From: a phage
Strand: one strand, 5' to 3'
DNA: 64,000 nt
Sequence record: OZ335958.1
Shown: piece by piece, positions 1 to 10,619 of the stretch
How the letters are laid out: every line of letters begins with the position of its first letter
Numbering within the stretch: the stretch's first letter is position 1
Translations under genes and position numbers: made by a program
Notes under the pieces: model-generated
What the model was told of the DNA's origin: nothing
Database searches by the model: none
The model's input: only the letters and a program-made list of their open reading frames with translations

Positions 1-16
1 ACAATAAATTTAGGCA

Positions 17-859
17 TTAATCAACTGCTATTGGATGAATAGCATTAAACTTATGAAACGCTTCTGATTTTTCTTTGCGCGAAACACACATGCGAAGAAC
101 CTTTAATGGTTCGTCTTCTTCACCCAACGATTTTCTCTTTTCAATATTCAATGTTTTCCAACGAGCTTGCTCTGGAAACTCTCTATTGATTTGCTCAAGA
201 GCTCTATTATGTTTTGAATTACTACGAATTGAACTGCACCCGCCCGGAGCCTGTGCTTTTCCAGATACAACCAGATATTTGAACAAGGCCAAATGTGGAT
301 AACCTTGATTAATTAAATTGAGAAATGCATACATATCTTCGCATAAATCAATTTTTCCATACCCAATTTGTTCTGTCGTAAGTTTTCCGAGGTCATACCA
401 AGTATTCGTGAATCCATATGAATTTTCACGATAATTACCCCAAGATGAAGTAATTTTAAAAATAGGCAGACGAGCATGACCATGATAATACCCGCAATCC
501 ATGGCATCTTCAACGTATTGAATCAATTCATAGAACTGTTCACGAGTTAATTGATTAATTTTATCTACGCAGCGACGATCATCTTTCTTTCGCATTGAAC
601 TCATACGAATAGTAGTATCATCATCAATCATCCAAATTCGTTGACCTGCATACATATCAGTAATTGCTTTACGAGTACCAGCAATTCCGTTAACATCATC
701 AGGAATAGTTATAATTTTAGCTCTAGACCCGTAAGCGTCATAATAAGCCTTTTCTTCATGTTCACGTACTACAATATGTGGTTCATAATCAGTCGGAAAC
801 ATATCAAGGGCAGAAACTGCCCCTACGCGCTGATAGCTTGGAATTACGAATTGAATCAT
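17..859 (-). CDS. putative DNA-modifying glycosyltransferase at the beta-gt locus (about 280 aa, not T4 Bgt-like)
   Basis: Track ORF 17..865 begins at GTG; first ATG at 859 overlaps gene 42 stop (ATGA junction). DDD motif (IWMIDDDTT). Position next to gene 42 matches the T-even glucosyltransferase locus. Confidence 0.45.
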   Translation of the reverse strand: MIQFVIPSYQRVGAVSALDMFPTDYEPHIVVREHEEKAYYDAYGSRAKIITIPDDVNGIAGTRKAITDMYAGQRIWMIDDDTTIRMSSMRKKDDRRCVDKINQLTREQFYELIQYVEDAMDCGYYHGHARLPIFKITSSWGNYRENSYGFTNTWYDLGKLTTEQIGYGKIDLCEDMYAFLNLINQGYPHLALFKYLVVSGKAQAPGGCSSIRSNSKHNRALEQINREFPEQARWKTLNIEKRKSLGEEDEPLKVLRMCVSRKEKSEAFHKFNAIHPIAVD

Positions 860-1596
860 TTCCACTCACCGTTATAATCTTTTTTCGCAATATGAGTTTC
901 GCCAGTTTTCCACCAATGGTCAACCAAATAAAAATGACGGGAATACACATGAAGGCTTCCGACATTCCATATAATGGAACCTGCTTTATACTGACGAGTT
1001 GAATCACCTGCATTCAAATCAGATACTAATTTATCTAGTACGTATTTTTGCCATGCATAATCATTACGGAATCCGAAGACCACGTCATTTGAACGCATGC
1101 TTACTACTGCATTGACTTTCTTATCACGAATCAGGTACTGTACTGTATTCGTACACATGAAATCTGACATACCATCTTTATTGTAGTCAAACTGCATGGA
1201 TGGACGAGTATAAATCATGATACCGCGTCGAGAATCAGGATTTTGACCAAGTTCAGCTAAACACATATCATACTGGGCATAGTTATCTTCTGACCAGATG
1301 GCCCAACCATAATTCGAGTTAATTTCGCCTTTAGAAGATGCTACCTGTTGCCAAATCTTTGGTGTTTCACCTGGAATATCTTTAACAAACAGACTTTGAG
1401 ACTTATACCATTCAAGTTCACGTTGAATGTATTCATCATTAAGAGCGCCAAAAATAAAAGGTTCATCTGCTACAAATGATGCACCAATAATTTCAATAGT
1501 TTTAACACCAGTTTTATCAATTACGAAATCTTTTTCCTTTAATGCAAGACCCAAATCAAGACGGATTTCTTCAACTGTCATATAATCGTTAATCAT
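856..1596 (-). CDS. 42: dCMP hydroxymethylase
   Basis: 246-aa ORF, ATG start; length and sequence recognised as T4 gp42; gene order 42-imm-43. Confidence 0.9.
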   Translation of the reverse strand: MINDYMTVEEIRLDLGLALKEKDFVIDKTGVKTIEIIGASFVADEPFIFGALNDEYIQRELEWYKSQSLFVKDIPGETPKIWQQVASSKGEINSNYGWAIWSEDNYAQYDMCLAELGQNPDSRRGIMIYTRPSMQFDYNKDGMSDFMCTNTVQYLIRDKKVNAVVSMRSNDVVFGFRNDYAWQKYVLDKLVSDLNAGDSTRQYKAGSIIWNVGSLHVYSRHFYLVDHWWKTGETHIAKKDYNGEWK

Positions 1597-1749
1597 TTAA
1601 ACCTCAATTGATGCATTCATATTTAACTTGTAACAGTAATAAACCCCAACCTATAATAAGTGTCGGAATCATACAAGGAACCGTTACGCTATAGTATATA
1701 CTTATTATAATCATCAAAATTAAAAGCAATACTGCTAAAATTTTGCTTT

Positions 1750-2001
1750 TCATTCCTTCTCTCTGATGATAATTACTTGGTTTTGCTGTGCAGATTTTTT
1801 AGTTTCACCCGCAATTGACCAAATAAATGTAATAAACCAACCAATAATTGACCAATTAAACAGTAAAGATGTGAAAAAGATTCCTACTGTCGATTTTGAC
1901 CCACGCATCAAGGCGATGAACCACGGAAGCATGTATATAATAATAGCCAACACGCCTGAAACTAAAACCATAAAAATTGAACCTGCTACTAAAGTTTCCA
2001 T
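1750..2001 (-). CDS. imm: superinfection immunity membrane protein
   Basis: 83-aa ORF with two hydrophobic helices, located between 42 and 43 as in T4. Confidence 0.7.
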   Translation of the reverse strand: METLVAGSIFMVLVSGVLAIIIYMLPWFIALMRGSKSTVGIFFTSLLFNWSIIGWFITFIWSIAGETKKSAQQNQVIIIREKE

Positions 2002-2008
2002 GTTTTCC

Positions 2009-2389
2009 TCACTTAGTCAAATTTTTTACACATGAATTATAAGAATTCACTACATACTCCATTGGAGCATTTTTACCAGTACGCCATTGGTAATTATTAG
2101 CCCAATTAGCCCAAAGTTCGGCGCAGTAGTTTTCAATTTTTTCTTCGCGTGTAATTACATCTGAATTACGATATGCTTGAGCAGATTCATCTGGACGAAT
2201 AGCTTCGTCAAAATTCGCCTGCATTTGTTCTACTGTCTGTTTTGGAGCTTCTTTATAACATTTAACATTAGGATTATAAAATTTGCTTGAACAGTTTACA
2301 ATTTTTCCTGCATCAGACTGATTTACTATCGGTCCTTGAGCTACACATCCAGTAAGACCTAATGCAATAACCAAAATAGCGATTTTCAT
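2009..2389 (-). CDS. predicted lipoprotein (imm.1 position)
   Basis: Internal ATG at 2389 gives 126 aa starting MKIAILVIALGLTGC (lipobox); upstream part of track ORF covers promoter DNA. Confidence 0.5.
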   Translation of the reverse strand: MKIAILVIALGLTGCVAQGPIVNQSDAGKIVNCSSKFYNPNVKCYKEAPKQTVEQMQANFDEAIRPDESAQAYRNSDVITREEKIENYCAELWANWANNYQWRTGKNAPMEYVVNSYNSCVKNLTK

Positions 2390-2423
2390 TTCATTCTCCA
2401 AATTTGTATTGGTTGATAGAGTA

Positions 2424-2453
2424 ATAGTACCACAGAGGAACAGTCTTGTAAAC
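2424..2453 (-). promoter_or_regulatory. T4 early-type promoter (GTTTAC -35, 18-bp spacer, TACTAT -10)
   Basis: Minus-strand GTTTAC at 2453..2448 and TACTAT at 2429..2424; one of about eleven copies of the same 50-bp motif family. Confidence 0.5.
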
Positions 2454-2570
2454 AGTTTTGTGAAAAAATTTTTAATGAATTTACAGGACCTAGAATCATC
2501 TATTTTTCCTAAGTATAGATTTATATTACTTGTATGAAAAAGGGACCCGGAGGTCCCTAGATTTATTCTA

Positions 2571-5267
2571 TCAGCCAAACAGGAAGTCTAACGAAGCTTT
2601 TTCCTCATAGTCCATACCTGCCGATTCACACATGCCCGCAAGAGGTTTAACAAACGATTTTTGGAACAAAGTTGAGTAGTCAATCCAAGACAGTACGTCA
2701 GAACGAATTTCTTTTGGAAGTTCTGTGCCTGATGGCCAAGCAATGCACTTGTCACCAAATGGATTTCCTTCACGTAATGGAAGAACCATTACCTTATTTC
2801 CATCCAAAATTGGAGCTACACCTAAACCACTAACAGCTCGACGATAAGTTAGCACACCACGAATATGGAACGGACATTTAAATCCTGGCCAACCTTTATC
2901 ATCATATTTCGCTATATCGTTCGCAGTTTTTACTTCAGCAATAACTTTATAGTCAAGTTGACGATATTCTTTCTCAAAGTTCTTGTAGTATTCTTGGACA
3001 GACTCTTCACCTTCCTGAAGAATACGACGAATACTTTCTTCGAGGGCTTCTTGTACTGCTTTTGGTGTTGAACTCTGCTGAGTTTCCATACCCATGATTT
3101 TTAGATGCGGTTCAGCAAATCGCTTATCTTCCATATCATAAACGTTCAGAGCATAACGTTTTTTCGCTTTCCAAAATCCACCAACACCCTTTGAACCAAG
3201 TGGAGGGCAAGAAATAGCTTCACGGTCCATATGCATCAGATGCTCGCGGTTATTCATATAATCACATAACTCACGATATGCAACATCAATCATAGGTTCC
3301 ATCTTTTTCTTACCAAACTGATTCATGAATTCAACTAAATCATTTTGTTCTTTAAAGCGGTCAAGACCTACTTTTTCAATAACTTTATCTACACAAACAT
3401 ATACCGAATCAGTATCACCTGCTGCGATGAAATCTTCACCATTAGTTCCACACACTTTATTTAGATACTCATTAATTTTACGAGCAATCCATTGAATACC
3501 AACTTGACCGAAAATTGTGATAGCAGTAGCATTTCGCAAATCATAGTAACGGAAATGAATATTACCAAGAGCACCATAAAGACTGTTAATAAGAATTTTA
3601 CGGTTCAGCTGATTTGTGTTAGCAAGCGTAGCTGCTTTTTCACATTCTTCGATCAGACTATTAAGAACAGATTCGGTGTAATTCGATAATTTGTTTAAGA
3701 AATCATCATTGAACTTAACATATCGTTCAACTTCTGGTTTAGTTGAACAAGACCCTGCACCTTTCATAATAATCTTTTTAATAGCTTCGGCATTCATTTC
3801 TTCCGCGAACATTTTCTTTTTCCAATCTTTACGCTGGAAAAATACTTTAGCGATTTCCTTTGGAATGATACCTTCTTGGTGCTTATCATACATCCATCCA
3901 TTCGGAGAGCAAGAATATTCATCACTTGGCTTAGGAGCTGTTCCTGCGATATATTCATGAATTGGATGAACTTTAAACTGCCCACGAATAGTCTCAGGAC
4001 TAATGTTAACCTGACGAATAATGCTAGGATACAGAGACGTCAAGTCAAAACTCATAATGTATCTACGGGCAATCGGTTTAGGTTCAAACACAAATGCACC
4101 TGGAAAACTCTGTTTAACGTGCGAACCTTGTTGAGGAATAACCTTATGTTCACCTTTCAGTGAGTTAAAAATAATAGCATCCCAAGTTTTAATAGGACTC
4201 ATTACACCAGAAAAAGGCATTTTAGCGTAATAAGACATACTTAAAACTAGATCGATAAACCCACGAATTTTATCAATTGCTTGAACTGATTCTACGTCAA
4301 TGATGTTATAACTAATGTATCGTTGATGATTAGTCTCACGAAGTTTATTAATAGGACCATCATATGGTAATTTACCTTTTTTGGTTTCATGTTGAGCAAC
4401 TGATTCCAAAGAGAACGATGGCAAATTAGTAAATGCGAATTTCTTGTACAAATCTAAATAATCAAGAATAGATACGCCATCAATAGAATAAATTTCTTTG
4501 CTACCGTACATATTTTGAATTAGTTTAGATTTTACTCGACCGATTGGAGAGAAGCGTTTCATACTACGTTCGCCTAGAACCATTTTAACACGGTTCATGA
4601 TATACGGAACGTCAAATCCCTCAATATTCCAACCAGTAAAAATAGCGGGTCGTTTCTGTTCCCAGAGATTAATATATTCCATGAGCATATCACGCTCATT
4701 ATCAAATGGCATATAAATTACTCGGTCAAGAATTTCTTGAGGAACTTCATCACCACCTTCGCAGTCAAGCTTAGCAGCTAACTTTGCATCCCATTTTGAT
4801 ACTGAACCGTACATTGAATTCAATAAATCAAAGACGTAAAAACGATCGTCAATTGAATCATAATGAGTGATAGCATCAATTTCATATTCTGCTTTCATTG
4901 GGTCAGGAAATTTATCGCCAGTAACCTCAATGTCACAGTTAGCCACACGAACAAATTTTCGGTCATAAACAATTTCTGAACCATATGTATCACTGATATA
5001 AGCGAGTTTAAAATCGTTCATACCGAGAGCTTCGAGACCGATGTCTTCCATTCGCTTCATCCAGTCTCGCGCATCTTTCATTGATGGAAATTTTTGAGGA
5101 GCGCAATTTTTACCATAAATGTCTTTGTATTTTGACTCTTCCTTACAATGCCTAAACATAGTCGGAAGATATTCTACTTCACGGGTACGTTCCTTTCCAT
5201 TTTCATCAATATAACGCTCAACAATATTATTTCCGACTGTTTCGATAGAGATATAAAATTCTTTCAT
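2571..5267 (-). CDS. 43: DNA polymerase (family B)
   Basis: 898-aa ORF, ATG start; N-terminus MKEFYISIETVGNNIVERYID and full length recognised as T4 gp43. Confidence 0.97.
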   Translation of the reverse strand: MKEFYISIETVGNNIVERYIDENGKERTREVEYLPTMFRHCKEESKYKDIYGKNCAPQKFPSMKDARDWMKRMEDIGLEALGMNDFKLAYISDTYGSEIVYDRKFVRVANCDIEVTGDKFPDPMKAEYEIDAITHYDSIDDRFYVFDLLNSMYGSVSKWDAKLAAKLDCEGGDEVPQEILDRVIYMPFDNERDMLMEYINLWEQKRPAIFTGWNIEGFDVPYIMNRVKMVLGERSMKRFSPIGRVKSKLIQNMYGSKEIYSIDGVSILDYLDLYKKFAFTNLPSFSLESVAQHETKKGKLPYDGPINKLRETNHQRYISYNIIDVESVQAIDKIRGFIDLVLSMSYYAKMPFSGVMSPIKTWDAIIFNSLKGEHKVIPQQGSHVKQSFPGAFVFEPKPIARRYIMSFDLTSLYPSIIRQVNISPETIRGQFKVHPIHEYIAGTAPKPSDEYSCSPNGWMYDKHQEGIIPKEIAKVFFQRKDWKKKMFAEEMNAEAIKKIIMKGAGSCSTKPEVERYVKFNDDFLNKLSNYTESVLNSLIEECEKAATLANTNQLNRKILINSLYGALGNIHFRYYDLRNATAITIFGQVGIQWIARKINEYLNKVCGTNGEDFIAAGDTDSVYVCVDKVIEKVGLDRFKEQNDLVEFMNQFGKKKMEPMIDVAYRELCDYMNNREHLMHMDREAISCPPLGSKGVGGFWKAKKRYALNVYDMEDKRFAEPHLKIMGMETQQSSTPKAVQEALEESIRRILQEGEESVQEYYKNFEKEYRQLDYKVIAEVKTANDIAKYDDKGWPGFKCPFHIRGVLTYRRAVSGLGVAPILDGNKVMVLPLREGNPFGDKCIAWPSGTELPKEIRSDVLSWIDYSTLFQKSFVKPLAGMCESAGMDYEEKASLDFLFG

Positions 5268-5325
5268 AGATATTCCTTAGTTTATAGCCCGAGTTATTAG
5301 GCTCTTGATATATTATACTCCAAAT

Positions 5326-5343
5326 AAGGGGCCGAAGCCCCTT
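5326..5343 (-). promoter_or_regulatory. UUCG-tetraloop hairpin in gene 43 leader (candidate gp43 translational operator)
   Basis: Minus-strand RNA AAGGGGC-UUCG-GCCCCUU, about 55 nt upstream of gene 43 ATG, between regA stop and 43 start. Confidence 0.5.
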
Positions 5344-5345
5344 GC

Positions 5346-5714
5346 TTAATTACCAATCGTATATTTTGGAACGAGTTTCCATTCATGTTTTTGTTTAAAA
5401 GAAATAACTCGGAAGTTATTGGTTAAATCTTTCATAAAAGTTCTTTGACCAGGAACGATTTCAATCAGTCCCCAATCTTCTAACAGCCACGCAATCGAAT
5501 CACGGCGAACTTCATCTTCTTCTGTCATTTCAACCTGGCGACCATCCATACGAAGCATTTCTTTAAAATGAACGATATAGTATAGTCCTTTTTTCTGAAG
5601 AATATGGCAGGACTGATACAGAACTTTATCTTTATTATTAGCAATTCCCATACGAGTCAAGGTTTCTTTTACTTTCAGAAAATCTTCAGGTTTTTTAAGA
5701 GTAATTTCAATCAT
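5346..5714 (-). CDS. regA: translational repressor RegA
   Basis: 122-aa ORF, sequence recognised as T4 RegA; position between 62 and 43. Confidence 0.9.
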   Translation of the reverse strand: MIEITLKKPEDFLKVKETLTRMGIANNKDKVLYQSCHILQKKGLYYIVHFKEMLRMDGRQVEMTEEDEVRRDSIAWLLEDWGLIEIVPGQRTFMKDLTNNFRVISFKQKHEWKLVPKYTIGN

Positions 5715-5715
5715 T

Positions 5716-6279
5716 TTACCATTCCAATGCTAGTTTTTTGAGTTGTTTCTGTTCTTTTACGTTCTTAGTCACTTCTTTCAAAAAATCATCCGTGACTAAA
5801 CCTTTTAGTTCTTTTAATACTAAAGGAAGTTTTCCATTTTTAGTAAGAATTGATTTATAGTTAATTGCATCATTTGTATTAACTTGATACCGCTTAGCAA
5901 GTAACTTAATAATCAATACTTCGGTAGAATCTTCGACCAGTTTTGCCCATTTACCGTATCTTTTACCCCGAGGAACGGCAGCCATCAGATAATTAAAATG
6001 GGCTTCATCGCTTAAACCTGATCCAATTAAATTCATCGCATATACAGCTGGCATGCATTCAGGAAATTGTGATAATGCATTCTCAACCATGTATTTTGAA
6101 TAATCTTTTTGAGCAATAGAGCATTTAGTTTTATTATTAATAGCTCCAATTATTTCAAAAAATTCATTTTCAGCTTTTTCCTTAAAAGAATCAGCAGCAG
6201 ATTGGACAGCTGTCCAATCTTTTGAATACCAAGCAACTTGATGCTCGTTTAATTGAATATCATCTTCAAATAAGCTCAT
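5716..6279 (-). CDS. 62: clamp loader small subunit
   Basis: 187-aa ORF upstream of regA, matches T4 gp62 length and position. Confidence 0.85.
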   Translation of the reverse strand: MSLFEDDIQLNEHQVAWYSKDWTAVQSAADSFKEKAENEFFEIIGAINNKTKCSIAQKDYSKYMVENALSQFPECMPAVYAMNLIGSGLSDEAHFNYLMAAVPRGKRYGKWAKLVEDSTEVLIIKLLAKRYQVNTNDAINYKSILTKNGKLPLVLKELKGLVTDDFLKEVTKNVKEQKQLKKLALEW

Positions 6280-6280
6280 A

Positions 6281-7240
6281 TCACTTCCACTGCATTTCGC
6301 ATGCTAATTGAATGAAAAGATATGCTAAATGTAATTCAGTATTAGCCGCAATTCCATGATACTGGTTATTTTCACCAACAATTTCATACATACGAATAAT
6401 ACTTTGCGGAGTTACGCGTGTATAGATTTCTTCGGCAAGTTTACCTACGAACCACGAATAATCAGCTGCATATTTTGGTGCTAAAGCTCTGAGCTGTTTA
6501 ACATCTTTATTTTTGAGAGATTCAAGAACATCATCAATAGCACCACGATCGTTAGTAACCAGTGATAAAATACCAGCATCCAAAACACCTTTAGATGAAT
6601 AACTATCGAGCTCACCAATAGTTTTACGAAAATCAGGAAAATTCTTTTTAACTAAAGCTGCTACAACTTTCATATCAGCTATAGCAATTCCTTCATGCTT
6701 ACAGATTTCAGTCAATCGACGAATCATCTGCTTCATCATTTCAATTTTATCTTCATCGGTCGGTTGACCGAACGTAATAACTCGGCAGCGTGACTGAAGC
6801 GGTTTAATAATACCATCAATATTGTTAGCAGTAATAATAATACTACAGTTTGAACTATAAGCTTCCATAAAGGAACGAAGATGCCGCTGAGACTCTGCTA
6901 ACCCTGAACGGTCAAATTCATCAATAACGATTACTTTTTGACGACCATCAAATGAAGCTGCGCTAGCAAAATTAGTCAAAGGACCACGAACGAAATCAAT
7001 TTTACAATCTGACCCATTTACAAACATCATATCAGCATTTACATCATGACACAATGCTTTTGCTACAGTTGTTTTACCTGTTCCTGGAGAAGGAGAATGA
7101 AGAATAATATGTGGAATCTTACCTTTACTTGTAATAGATTTAAAGGTTTCTTTATCAAAGGCGGGAAGAATACATTCATCGATAGTAGATGGACGATATT
7201 TCTGTTCAAGAATGTGTTCTTTTTCATTTACAGTAATCAT
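6281..7240 (-). CDS. 44: clamp loader ATPase subunit
   Basis: Walker A SPGTGKTT; track ORF starts at TTG (7255), ATG at 7240 with GAGGAAA RBS gives 319 aa as in T4 gp44. Confidence 0.9.
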   Translation of the reverse strand: MITVNEKEHILEQKYRPSTIDECILPAFDKETFKSITSKGKIPHIILHSPSPGTGKTTVAKALCHDVNADMMFVNGSDCKIDFVRGPLTNFASAASFDGRQKVIVIDEFDRSGLAESQRHLRSFMEAYSSNCSIIITANNIDGIIKPLQSRCRVITFGQPTDEDKIEMMKQMIRRLTEICKHEGIAIADMKVVAALVKKNFPDFRKTIGELDSYSSKGVLDAGILSLVTNDRGAIDDVLESLKNKDVKQLRALAPKYAADYSWFVGKLAEEIYTRVTPQSIIRMYEIVGENNQYHGIAANTELHLAYLFIQLACEMQWK

Positions 7241-7272
7241 AATTTCCTCATTCAAGTTTTAGTGTAAATTAT

Positions 7273-7290
7273 AAAGGGCCGAAGCCCTTT
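7273..7290 (-). other. intercistronic UUCG-tetraloop RNA hairpin (45-44 junction)
   Basis: Minus-strand AAAGGGC-UUCG-GCCCUUU. Confidence 0.5.
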
Positions 7291-7291
7291 A

Positions 7292-7978
7292 TTAAAAATC
7301 GTGGGTAGAATCAGCTTCAAGAGCTACTACATAATTCGCATGTTCACCTTCAAATTTAGCAGCACCTTGTTTACCTTTTGCCCAGAGCAGAAGTTTATAA
7401 TTTCCTGGTTGCATTTTCATATTTGCCATATTGATAATGAAATTAAATGTATTTTCACCATCATAATCACCAAGAGTCAAAGAATATTTAACACGGGTCA
7501 AAGCAGAATCTTCTACTTTGTTAAAACCGTTAATTACGATTTTACCTTCTTTTACTGTGATAGCAATTGTATCAATCTGCAGACCACGAGATACACGCAA
7601 CAGCTGTTGAAGGTCTTCAGCTTTAATTTCGGTAACAACAGATGCTACCGGGAATGGAATTGGTTTATTAGGAGCAACTACTGTACTTGGATCGGCTGCT
7701 GGCCAAAAAATTGTTGAACGAGCATCAGCAATTTTAATATTTCCATCTTCTGACTGGGAAATTTCTGCATCGTCATTAACTAGGGACAGAATACCGAGAA
7801 AACCGTTCAAATCGTAAATTGCTACATCAAAATCAATAGTGTCAGAAATATTTGCTTCTGCATAAGTTGTACCATTAACTGCGCGAGTCATAATAAATTG
7901 ACCAGATTTAAGCATAATACCAGAGTTAATAGTAGCGAAATTTTTAAGCAGAGCAGTAGTATCTTTAGACAGTTTCAT
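7292..7978 (-). CDS. 45: sliding clamp
   Basis: 228-aa ORF, sequence recognised as T4 gp45. Confidence 0.9.
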   Translation of the reverse strand: MKLSKDTTALLKNFATINSGIMLKSGQFIMTRAVNGTTYAEANISDTIDFDVAIYDLNGFLGILSLVNDDAEISQSEDGNIKIADARSTIFWPAADPSTVVAPNKPIPFPVASVVTEIKAEDLQQLLRVSRGLQIDTIAITVKEGKIVINGFNKVEDSALTRVKYSLTLGDYDGENTFNFIINMANMKMQPGNYKLLLWAKGKQGAAKFEGEHANYVVALEADSTHDF

Positions 7979-8033
7979 GTAATTTCCTTCAATTCAAATG
8001 AGATTTAATTTTATAACTAATTTAATAAAGCAA

Positions 8034-8423
8034 TTAACGATTAAAATCGGCAGCAATTGTTTCCGCAACAATTTGAGCAGCGACAATTAGGCGTTCATCT
8101 GCATTACCACAATAATCATCTTCAAGACGTTCACCGCATGAAGTCATAATAAATTTAGCACCAGCATTTAAAGATTCTGTCGTATGTTTGCGCATTAGTT
8201 CAATCCATTTATTGCTTACTTCACGATCGATAGCTTCATAATACGCATGACGAGCAGGTGCAGATTTAATTTTATTCTGAATAACTTCCATCGCGTTATC
8301 AGAAAGAGACAAAACCCATGCTCGACGAATTTTATTTTGATTTTGTGGATTTGATTCAGAACGCACGTGTTTTGGCTGAATATCTTTTACATCAACAGTA
8401 TAATTCACAGTAATTTTAGTCAT
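8034..8423 (-). CDS. rpbA: RNA polymerase binding protein
   Basis: 129-aa ORF between 46 and 45 as in T4. Confidence 0.7.
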
Positions 8424-8432
8424 AATACACCT

Positions 8433-8621
8433 TTAGTCATAATAATCAGTAACAGTCCAAGCTTCATTTCTGTTGGACATTATTTTCGTATATTCTGCTT
8501 TAAATGCATTCTTAAGCATAGATTCAGTAACTATATGCTCTTCATTAGAAAAATTATTTCTCAGAATATATCGTTTTATTTCAGGAATAGTTAATAGATG
8601 CTGTCCAGTTGAATATTCCAT
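8433..8621 (-). CDS. hypothetical protein (45.2 position)
   Basis: 62-aa ORF with ATG start, tiled between gene 46 and rpbA. Confidence 0.4.
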   Translation of the reverse strand: MEYSTGQHLLTIPEIKRYILRNNFSNEEHIVTESMLKNAFKAEYTKIMSNRNEAWTVTDYYD

Positions 8622-8676
8622 GTTTTTCCTCCATAGAGATTATACTCTAATAAATTAAAGCATAATCTCTTATAAA

Positions 8677-10359
8677 TTAAACCATTACAGTAAATCGACC
8701 AACTTTCTTCATTTGAAGATGCTGACCATATGCTTGTGGGTCGTGGTCTCTATGTGAAATAACAAAAACATTAGTATTTTTTAAACTATCTAAAATAGTT
8801 GAAATAGCTTTTACACCTTCAACGTCTGTTGCTGAATCAAAAACTTCATCAAGAATTAACGTGTTTATTTTAACACCTGAAACTTTTTCAGCAATATCAC
8901 GCCAAGTAAATAAAAGAGCAATATCAATTCGTGCTTTTTCGCCTTGACTGAATGAAGCATAACTAAAATCTTCACGACCACGGGATTTAATTGTCTCATT
9001 AAATTCTTCATCTAATGTAAACACATAATCCGCTTCCATTATTTTAAGATAATGATTAATCTGCTTATTAAATAACGGAATGTACTTTTTAATAATAGCA
9101 CCTTTAATACCAGAATCTTTGAGCATATCAGTCAAAATTCCTCTGTGGTATTTTTCCATTACTAAATTAGTTTTTGTCTTAACAATTTTATCAAGTTCTT
9201 CTTGAAGCAGTGCTATTTCATCAGCATGGTCAATAAACTCGGATGATGCTTTTTCTATAGCCGCTTTAACTTTTTTAGCTTTATCTACCGTCGTGATTAG
9301 AGATTGCTTTTTATTGCGAATATCATTCGCCAACGTCTGCTGGGTTTTAATATTATCTCGGTATTCATCAACAAGAACTTTTAAATTATCACGATGTGTT
9401 GAAAGCTGTTCGAACGAATGTGTGCATTCAGAAACTTTATCTTTAATTTTAGAAACAACTTTATCACCGGAACTTAATTGTGACAAACAGGTTGGACATA
9501 ATCCACCTTCGTGATACATATTAATGACTTTATTATACGAGTCAATTTTTGATTTAATTAAAAATGCTTCTTGACCGATTTTATTAAATGCATCAGTCGG
9601 GTCTTCATCCAAAACAATATTAACTAATCTTTCATTAGCTTCTTCTATTTCCGATTTTAACGTTCTAGCTTCTTTTGCCAAATCATCATACATATTCTGC
9701 AGACGAGTAAGGTTATCACCAGTTAATTTTTTCTGGCGTTCAACGTTATCATTATATATTTTAATTTGCTGGATAATACTATCTTTTTTAACATCAAGCA
9801 CTTGGTTTTGTGAATTTAATTCACGTATTAGTGCTTTATTAAGCTTATCCATTTCAGCTAATGTTCCTACCTCGAGTAGGTCTTCGACGAGTTTTCTTCT
9901 TGCAGGAGTGGATAAGCCCATAAAAGGGGTATATCCAGCCGTGCCGAGTACGACGATCTGTTTGAAACTGGCGTATGACATTCCGATAAGCTGTTCAAAT
10001 TCTGCTTGGAAATCTTTACTGCTGGCAGATTCATTAAGACGTGTACCGTTAACGGTGATTTCGAAAACATTCGGTTTTTGTCCTCTTTTGATATAGTACT
10101 TTTTCTCATCATATTCCATCCACAGTTCAACTAAAAGTTCTTTCTTATTTGTGCTGTTTATTAATTGACCTTTCTTTACATCACGAAATGGCTTGCCAAA
10201 AAGCCCAAATGTGATGGCTTCTAACATAGTAGACTTACCACCGCCATTTCGTCCAGTAATAAGAGTTTTTTGAACCTTATCTAGTTGAATGTCAATAGGA
10301 TTTCCACCTACTGACATTATATTTTGATACCTAACTCGGTTTAGTTTAAAATTCTTCAC
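8677..10359 (-). CDS. 46: recombination endonuclease subunit (SbcC/Rad50-like ATPase)
   Basis: 560-aa ORF (GTG start at 10359; first ATG at 10315), Walker A GRNGGGKST, coiled-coil middle; length matches T4 gp46. Confidence 0.9.
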   Translation of the reverse strand: MKNFKLNRVRYQNIMSVGGNPIDIQLDKVQKTLITGRNGGGKSTMLEAITFGLFGKPFRDVKKGQLINSTNKKELLVELWMEYDEKKYYIKRGQKPNVFEITVNGTRLNESASSKDFQAEFEQLIGMSYASFKQIVVLGTAGYTPFMGLSTPARRKLVEDLLEVGTLAEMDKLNKALIRELNSQNQVLDVKKDSIIQQIKIYNDNVERQKKLTGDNLTRLQNMYDDLAKEARTLKSEIEEANERLVNIVLDEDPTDAFNKIGQEAFLIKSKIDSYNKVINMYHEGGLCPTCLSQLSSGDKVVSKIKDKVSECTHSFEQLSTHRDNLKVLVDEYRDNIKTQQTLANDIRNKKQSLITTVDKAKKVKAAIEKASSEFIDHADEIALLQEELDKIVKTKTNLVMEKYHRGILTDMLKDSGIKGAIIKKYIPLFNKQINHYLKIMEADYVFTLDEEFNETIKSRGREDFSYASFSQGEKARIDIALLFTWRDIAEKVSGVKINTLILDEVFDSATDVEGVKAISTILDSLKNTNVFVISHRDHDPQAYGQHLQMKKVGRFTVMV

Positions 10360-10619
10360 AAAAGATTCCTTTTAATGTATCTTTTAGACCATTCTATCAT
10401 ATCATCATAATCTAAAAAGTATTCATCAAATTCAGCCATGCAAACAACACCTTGCGCTGCTTTTGATGTGATATAAATTATTCCAACATATCTAGAATCT
10501 TCTTCGGTGTAATCAATATTTGCTATGAATTCATCGTTAATGTCAAATGTCGAAAACTTCACAGTATGCATCCTTAATACAAGATACAGCCATATCTTGT
10601 AATGATTTAGGTGTGTCAT
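10356..10619 (-). CDS. hypothetical protein (46.1 position)
   Basis: 87-aa ORF; possible internal start MHTVKF at 10571; overlaps gene 46 start by 4 nt. Confidence 0.35.
   Translation of the reverse strand: MTHLNHYKIWLYLVLRMHTVKFSTFDINDEFIANIDYTEEDSRYVGIIYITSKAAQGVVCMAEFDEYFLDYDDMIEWSKRYIKRNLL

Noticed and set aside
75-877. Plus-strand ORFs (75..302, 641..877) and minus-strand ORF 313..513 inside the glycosyltransferase gene
   Set aside because: Fully nested within a longer, better-supported minus-strand gene; low-complexity translations; typical antisense or alternate-frame artefacts in AT-rich DNA.
2865-4163. Several plus-strand and alternate-frame ORFs inside DNA polymerase gene 43
   Set aside because: Gene 43 is unambiguous over this whole span; nested ORFs have no start signals or plausible composition.
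7301-7717. 138-aa plus-strand ORF antisense to gene 45
   Set aside because: Entirely inside the sliding clamp gene on the opposite strand; Phe/Ile/Asn-rich low-complexity product.
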